The translations under genes were made by a program, and so were the position numbers. A stretch of 63,556 nucleotides of DNA, filler included, from Licmophora abbreviata (lineage: Eukaryota): NCBI GenBank assembly GCA_900291995.1. It is 16 parts of 16 records of this genome, joined end to end, with 100 filler letters (N's around TTAATTAATTAA, not from the genome) between each part and the next. Parts side by side here need not be neighbours in the genome. Positions count along the whole stretch, not along the records: positions 55,191 to 57,273 come from OLMU01002683.1; positions 57,374 to 59,838 come from OLMU01002684.1; positions 59,939 to 62,161 come from OLMU01002687.1; positions 62,262 to 63,556 come from OLMU01002693.1; 12 more parts are not named here. One strand, given 5' to 3'. The notes under the pieces were generated by a model, which saw only the letters and a program-made list of their open reading frames with translations, ran no database searches and had not been told where the DNA came from. Positions 56,901 through 63,556 of this stretch are shown here, piece after piece; position 1 is the stretch's first letter, and each line of letters starts with the position of its first letter.

Positions 56901-59838
56901 CGAAAACATACGATCGCCTCCGGCAGGGGTGATATTCAATCTCCGAAGTCGCCGAGGTATTTCAAAGCTAGAGTTTCGTTGAATCTGCTCATAAAAGAGC
57001 TGCAATCGAACAATGAGCAATCGACGGGTCAAGCATTTTCCTCCATCTTCCCCGTCCTTGTACAAGCCATTCGTTGAGTCGTCGTAGCGAAACGCTCGGC
57101 AAGATGTGGACTTCAAAGACTCGACAAGCGAGCCCGTCAAAAAGTCAGCCACAAGCTGCTTTTGTGCGCTCCAGATTGTCTTCCCTTCTTGGCAGCGAAA
57201 CGCCGAGCCGCGCCGCGTGAGGACGAGCAACGCGATTTCCGACAGTTCCTTGCACACCTTTGTGTCGGAGCTTNNNNNNNNNNNNNNNNNNNNNNNNNNN
57301 NNNNNNNNNNNNNNNNNTTAATTAATTAANNNNNNNNNNNNNNNNNNNNNNNNNNNNNNNNNNNNNNNNNNNNACCGAAGCTTTCAAGCGACACATCTAT
57401 CGTCTCCGTCCCAATAACTGACATAAGATTTACAGCGAATGAGCATATCTGCCCTCTAGTAGTGGTCAGACAGGCGACTGTTTCTTTCGTGGCATTTCGC
57501 AGAAGGCCATATACAGCTTGCTCATGAGGGATCCCATACATGCTGCGCTCTGGTCTTCGTTCTTCGGGGTAGTCAATCAACACCCCAGAGCTCCCCCGCA
57601 AAGCATATCTAATCGTCCGGAGGCAACGACGTAGGCTCATGATATCAATCGACTCTGACTTGCCTTTGGCCGGCTCATGCTCAATGTCTACCACAACAAC
57701 GTCGCTTTCAGGTTCTATCAGTTTCCTGCTGTTGACAACGAAAGCTTCGATGCTGCCAACCGCGTGCGTCTTCAAGAGGAGAGAAACAAACTCAAGCTGC
57801 TCACTACATGGAACATGCCATGACACCTTGTCTCCACCAAGATGGGAACTTTTTCCGATGGCGAGATGCCCTTCGGTCTTGCATGATGATTCTAGTCGAG
57901 GCATATAGGATGAAACGAGAGGGTAGGCCTCGGATTGAGACGCAAGGGTTTGTCGAAGAAGTTTGCACCCTGTCTTGTAGACATCCTTGTCATCACTTCC
58001 GAGAGCAAATCTTATTCCTCGTAATACATCGTCCCCATGGCTCACCACGTGTCTTCCTGCAAATCGAACGGCGCCGGCAAGACATCGAAGGCGATATGTC
58101 ACAGTCTTCGCAGAGATATGCTCAATATCAGCCAGTAGAACAGGAATAAGAGCGTCCAACCCAGGGTTTGCCGTCTGGGATCCCCCGTCAGCTGATGTTC
58201 TAGCAGCTGCAACGGCCTGACACAACGCTGACGCGTCCTTTGCTGCCGAAGGTAGAGTCTCTTCGTCGAGAAACTGGATCACGGAACGAACAGCCGTTTG
58301 ATGGGTCGAATCGTCCATGGCGGCAAATACTTGGATGAGACATTCTTTTAGAACACGGGAGAAATTGCGCGCTTGTGCTACGTCAGAGGAGGAGTGCCGC
58401 GAGGCAACCCGAGAGCCAGTCTTTCCTGCTTTTTCCCTCGCGCCCGATGCCCTCAAGAGGTCATACACCCTATCAAGAAAAGCGAGCACCCAGTCGCCCA
58501 TCGCTGCAGTTGTGTCTTCCATCAGTACTTTACTCAGCCCCAGCGCCTCATCACCAAACGTTCTAGAATGGCGAAGCAACGATGTTTCTGGCAATCGCTT
58601 CAGGGCCTCGAGGTACTCTTCGGACTGTGAAAACGCCGCCGAAAACTCAGACACGTTATCCACTACACGGGTTGATCCCGGGGTGTCCAAGCAGGATATC
58701 TCATCAAGAACATGCCAATTTTTGGGGCTGTTGATGACCGGGATCCAAGACGTCAGGTTTCGGTAGAAAATTAAAGTGCGGATACTCTTGTTCTGATCAT
58801 TGCTATCGATCCCCGCTAAACTGAGCTGCAAAATTGTAGGGAGTCGACGAAGAAATAGTGACGGTCGTTTTCTCAACGAAGGCTGAATGAGGCGCGAAAG
58901 CGCTGACAAAGCCGCAGGTGCCTGATGACTGAGGTTCACTGCAGAGAAGTCGAGAGCGTTTGTCGCAAAATCCAGAAAGGGCGGCGTCACGTGGACAGGA
59001 TCGATCTGTGCCAGAAACAGCAGCGCTGCCTCTCCTGCGCGACCCACATGTCCATTTTTACTGTACAGTGCCTGTTGGCAGAGCGGAAGAAGCGCGTGCA
59101 TCAGCGCAGCCATTTCACAGGGAGGTACGTTGCCCGCTCCAAGCGAGGGTTCTGCGTCGCAAAGCTCCCTCGCCAATGAACGATCTTTCGCTCTCATTGC
59201 AAGAAGACTCGATTCTACTCCAACGCGATGACACAACTCGTAGCAAAAGTAATGAAGGAATGCACCCAAGGTAAACGTCCATGATCCTATGTTCGAGGGA
59301 TTGAAATAGGGAGAGACAAACGAGAAGAACTGCAAGAGGTCGGCTGTCCCATCAGACACCGATTCTGGCGTTACATCCCTGGATTGCGTCGTCGCCAAGT
59401 CGTCACAACCAATAGCACCAACGAGGAGCTTTGCCACCTTTGCAACAAAGTCAATTCCTTCTTCGTAAGATGAGCCACTACCAACGAACGCTTTCAAGCG
59501 CGCAGGACAGGAACGAGATTTCGGGGTCGACGCTCGAGGAAACGACTTGTCCATTGAGCTACCTCCGATCGGGAGTTGAAGCCTGTATTAATTTCAAAAC
59601 AGCTTCGTTAGTAACATCTGTAACAACCCAGAGTACCTCAAACTAGGCCTAATTCTCCACATACCAGAATTGACTGCTGGTCAACAGCCTACGTCGAAGA
59701 GGTCCCCAGTCGTACCCATTTTGTGATACGTGCTTTCGAGCACGGCAGAACATGACAAGCCACAGAAAGTCAAACTCTGGACATCGGTCAATACTGCTCC
59801 AGCTCTCGAACCACTGCGGAAGAACGTCTTCATAATAC
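53931..59838 (-). CDS. PSME4: Proteasome activator PA200/Blm10 (PSME4), partial; crosses two gaps, intron ~59664..59560, frameshift at ~56268
   Basis: YFNPSNIGSW, LAGIDSNDQNKS, HEAT repeats, WQVRQAA, DERREVSSAA, PYDTPPYVP, EFKRTH.DNWEEH and the C-terminal HbYX tail SPHYYA*. Confidence 0.92.
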
Positions 59839-59938
59839 NNNNNNNNNNNNNNNNNNNNNNNNNNNNNNNNNNNNNNNNNNNNTTAATTAATTAANNNNNN
59901 NNNNNNNNNNNNNNNNNNNNNNNNNNNNNNNNNNNNNN

Positions 59939-60534
59939 GTAACTCCTTCCGGCAAGAACGCGTGACGTACTCGAGACTTTAGTTTCGTGGCGATTCGTGT
60001 ACGGGAAGACGGTCTTGACATGGTCGTCGCTCCGCTCCCCCCATCACTGTGCACAGGGACGTATCGTTCAAGTCGCTCGTTATACACCAGAGATGTCCTC
60101 GATCCGTATAAAACATCAACTTCTGTAAGATTCAGGGTCCTTGACGATGATTCAGGCGAAGGCAGTGTAGCTTCCGACGCCCTGGTCTGGTTGCCAGCTG
60201 TGGTGCTGCTGCTAAATGTGTCCTGACTATCCTGACGAGTCGCCTTCGGCGATGAGAGTCGTTCTCTAGCAAAGTGCTGAGTACTGCAATAAGGACTCCG
60301 AAGCAGATGTGTATGCGAAGAGAAAGCATCCGAAGCCACGCAAAAGACGGACAGCAGCAGTGCGAGACGAAAGTGCCAGCAGTACGAGTGATTCCTGGCG
60401 GAACGCCACGCTCTATCTGTATCCCTTTTTATGCGTCCATGCATTGCTGTTTTCGAGGCCCCAATAAGTTCAGCGGTGACTCTTCGGTGCATAGACCCGA
60501 TAGGCACGTTCCGAGATGGATCGGCCTGGAACAT
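59939..60534 (-). CDS. 5' fragment of a plastid-targeted protein, possibly RUS (DUF647) family
   Basis: Signal LALLLSVFCVASDA-FSS. Ends at the gap with VRHAFLPEGV, which resembles the FLPxG start of the RUS domain. Confidence 0.5.
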
Positions 60535-60816
60535 GTAGCCTCGTCGCCGTCGAAGTTAGCGATGTCGTGTGCCTTTGGTGTCAATCCTCATCGCGTTGTG
60601 ACGCGTGATGCAATCGCATTCATCACACATCAAAGCGGGACTTGACTCACTCAGGACAGACTCACGACTGACCCTTGGTTCTTTCGCGTTCTTGCTCTCG
60701 ATCAGGTCCGCTATTGTCTCGACGCCAAGCTTCGGGGTATCCAGCTAACACCTAGATATCCATAGCGCGTGAGTAAGTGGAACCATAAGAATTACTTAGG
60801 TAGTTAAGGTTTGGAT

Positions 60817-62161
60817 TCATGTGTAGCATGTGTATTCGTCCAATCGACTGAGAATGCGACGAGCGGCAGTGCAGCTTGAGGCGTCCTTGGACTCGTCCAC
60901 TATCTTGCGGAGCGCAGACGGAAAGTCGATTGCCTTTCGCGGCGCTCTCCCTGGACGGGTCATCATGAGGACGGTCCGCGAGAGATCTAGCGGGCGGATA
61001 CCGGTATTGCCGAGGCGCTCGCGAGTACCGCTCATGAGAAAAGCCAAGATCTGCAAAGAGTGCGTCATGCTGGCATTCCAGTGAATATTGTCCTTCTCCT
61101 CCGCACCAGCCTTGGGATCACAGCGCCACTGAGCGAGGCGGACCATAGATGTTAGCACTTCTGAAGATGATAAAGTAGTTTGGATTGACTCTTTTCCAAT
61201 GCCCCGCAGCATGAGAGTTGACAGGCTGCATGCTAGCATCGCACCCTGAGATCGCTCTTCCGCTGTACCAGGGGCGCGAGTCACTGTATAGCTCTTGACA
61301 ACCTTGACAAATCGATCTGCAGCGCCTTGGGAAATACTCTCTTGTAAGCTAGGACTTACGCTTTCAAAGATAACATCGAGGATATCCGAAGCATAGCGCT
61401 GGAGAGAGTACAGCTTGTACGATTCGGCTGTCATGGACGATGGAACAAGCGCCTTGCTCAGCACACGCCCGACTTTTTCGGGGCAGAGGGGGGCTTCCGC
61501 TTTCCCAAAAGCCGCGACACTCAAGAAGAACTGGCAGGCCTCACATCGCAGTCCCAGAGATCCCTCAGCGACGGTTACGGCGAGAGCCGTGTCGACGAAC
61601 GACGCGGTCCCTAAGATTTCAGATCGACAGGACTCCTTCGGCACGACCGAACGTAAGAACAGGACTGCAGCACATTCCAGCGAAGTCTCGGAGGGCAGTC
61701 TAACTTCTGGGAGAGTGTCAACGCTGCAATCAGCAACAAGCTCAGGCACCTCGTTCACGGCATCGTCTTCTTCTCCGACAATTGGACCCTGTTCTAAGGC
61801 CTCATTCTCGATGTCTTTTGATGTGGTTTCCCCGCTCTCAATGGGACCATCAAGTACGGATATTGTCTTGTGTTCTTCGGTGTCAGAAATCGCATTCTTG
61901 ACATCTTCTTCGACGGAGATCTTGGATGTTGTTGCCAACGTAATCACCACTTCCATTGCGCTGGAGAGACACGCGGAGAAGCGGTCCTCAGACGTGACCA
62001 TGTGACGGCCCCTGGCATCCATACAGAGTGCCGCGAGTGTGCGGAATACAGCAGCAGTCGTCTCCCGAGAAGAAGCGCTAGATAAGTCATTCGCGAACGT
62101 TGAGTCGTCCTCAAACAGCGCCATAATGGCTTTCTGCCCGTCAACCTCCAGGAGAAGAGAT
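60817..62161 (-). CDS. C-terminal part of a large helical (ARM/HEAT-like) hypothetical protein
   Basis: Open frame of more than 435 aa running up to the gap at 62162, made of Ala/Leu-rich helices. Confidence 0.7.
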
Positions 62162-63556
62162 NNNNNNNNNNNNNNNNNNNNNNNNNNNNNNNNNNNNNNN
62201 NNNNNTTAATTAATTAANNNNNNNNNNNNNNNNNNNNNNNNNNNNNNNNNNNNNNNNNNNNCTATGCGCCTTTGTCGTTGTCTTGGCCCTGTCTGCCTCG
62301 TTCGCTCACCTTCGATCTATCTGGATGCAGTCACCCATGGATAGAAGAACGCAAGAGAGCAGTCGCCTATACGTACATACCCGGTCGTATCGAGCATTGC
62401 GACTGCGACCGGAAAAAGTAGGCACACAGGTCAATGGGGAACTTGCCATCCCGTCGTCGCTTGCGTCCATCACGGAACCTCCGTAAAATACCAGCCACTC
62501 TGTGCAGAGCTTCTGTAAGTTGTTCTTGCCGTTGTATTCTTTGAAGTGAAGTGAATCATGTCGATCGAACCGTGCCAAGACAGGCTGCCTGGCATGGAAC
62601 GATGCGGCGTCGGTCTGTGCTTGTATTGCTTAGTGTTCGGCCGCATGTCCTGTCCAAATCGTGTGTCACCTACGGGTATTGTTTTTGACATGCACCGCAT
62701 TTGTAGTAGTAGAATTCATTGTTGTGTTCAGTTTTTCATTATTTCGGCCTATCTCCAATCATCAAGTCGCAAACATGTAGTATGCGACAAGGAAGTGAAC
62801 CGATGGCATACTTGGGATAAACACATAACATTGTATGCGCAACCCAATGAGAGGCTCTGTGGTTGTATAGTTTTGCAAGTAGATCGACAAACGATGCGTA
62901 GCCTACTGTCCAGTTGCGATTCGTATCTGTACTCATACGGTATGATCGTTGCAAAGCTCAAGTCAAGCTTTCCTGCACGATCGCCTTGTGGTGATCCTTA
63001 GTAGAGTTGGAATTCTGAGACGCCGTGCGGTCATCTACCCTTTGGGCATTGATGCCGTCGGCAATGGCAACTTGGCTGGTGGTACTGCAAGATGGTCGTG
63101 ACAGTGAGACATCCGAGTCTTCTCATTTAGGAGGTGTTGCCTGACACGGTCATGGCCGTTGCGGCACAGCAGTCCGAGCGTCATCTGACCAAACGAGATG
63201 GGCGGCTGTGTTGTACATACATTGTGCATACATGGTGGGATGCGACTAAAACGTCTGAGCAGAAAAGCAGGGTAACGATTTTGGACATCAAACTCATCTA
63301 CCAGGTACGCATCTATATACGTTTTGATACATACGAGCCGGGACTCCAATCAACATCGTCGTCCTGCACAAGGTCGCACCCTAACGTAGACTCCAGCCCA
63401 TCGTTCACACTCAGCTGCCACAGCAAGACTTTGTTTTGTTTTGCATCTCATCTGGTCGGGCCTGCTCTGCCAGCGAGATGACGTGCCCTCGTCCACCAAT
63501 CTGTTGTCCCGCTCCCGGCATGCCATGTGCATTGCCCCCAGGATTATTCCGGATTT

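Overview
Gene-dense eukaryotic DNA, most likely from a diatom nuclear genome. This is supported by short GT-AG introns, many bipartite plastid-targeting N-termini (signal peptide then A/G-F-x-P), a nucleus-encoded sigma-70 factor, a KRE6/SKN1-type GH16 and a silaffin-like secreted protein. The window is a scaffold broken by 15 artificial 100-nt spacers (44 N + TTAATTAATTAA + 44 N), and several gap flanks overlap. About 30 protein-coding genes are supportable. The clearest are TruA, a ChrR-like cupin, an ankyrin protein, sigma-70, an FGGY kinase, a class I methyltransferase, GH16, fibrillin, eIF5B, an AFG2/CDC48-like AAA ATPase, RPB12, an NFACT-R protein, DnaJ, MscS, a NYN/Regnase-like nuclease, a 2OG-Fe(II) oxygenase, AIM24, a 2H phosphoesterase and PA200/Blm10. 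The most notable item is a probably plastid-targeted fusion of a TrhO-type tRNA U34 hydroxylase with a Methyltransf_3 (TrmR/CCoAOMT-like) O-methyltransferase, which could make 5-methoxyuridine (mo5U34) in one polypeptide. Single-base frameshifts in conserved genes (eIF5B, GH16, PA200) point to consensus errors. No rRNA, tRNA, CRISPR array or recognisable transposon was seen. All family calls come from motif recognition by eye, not database searches.
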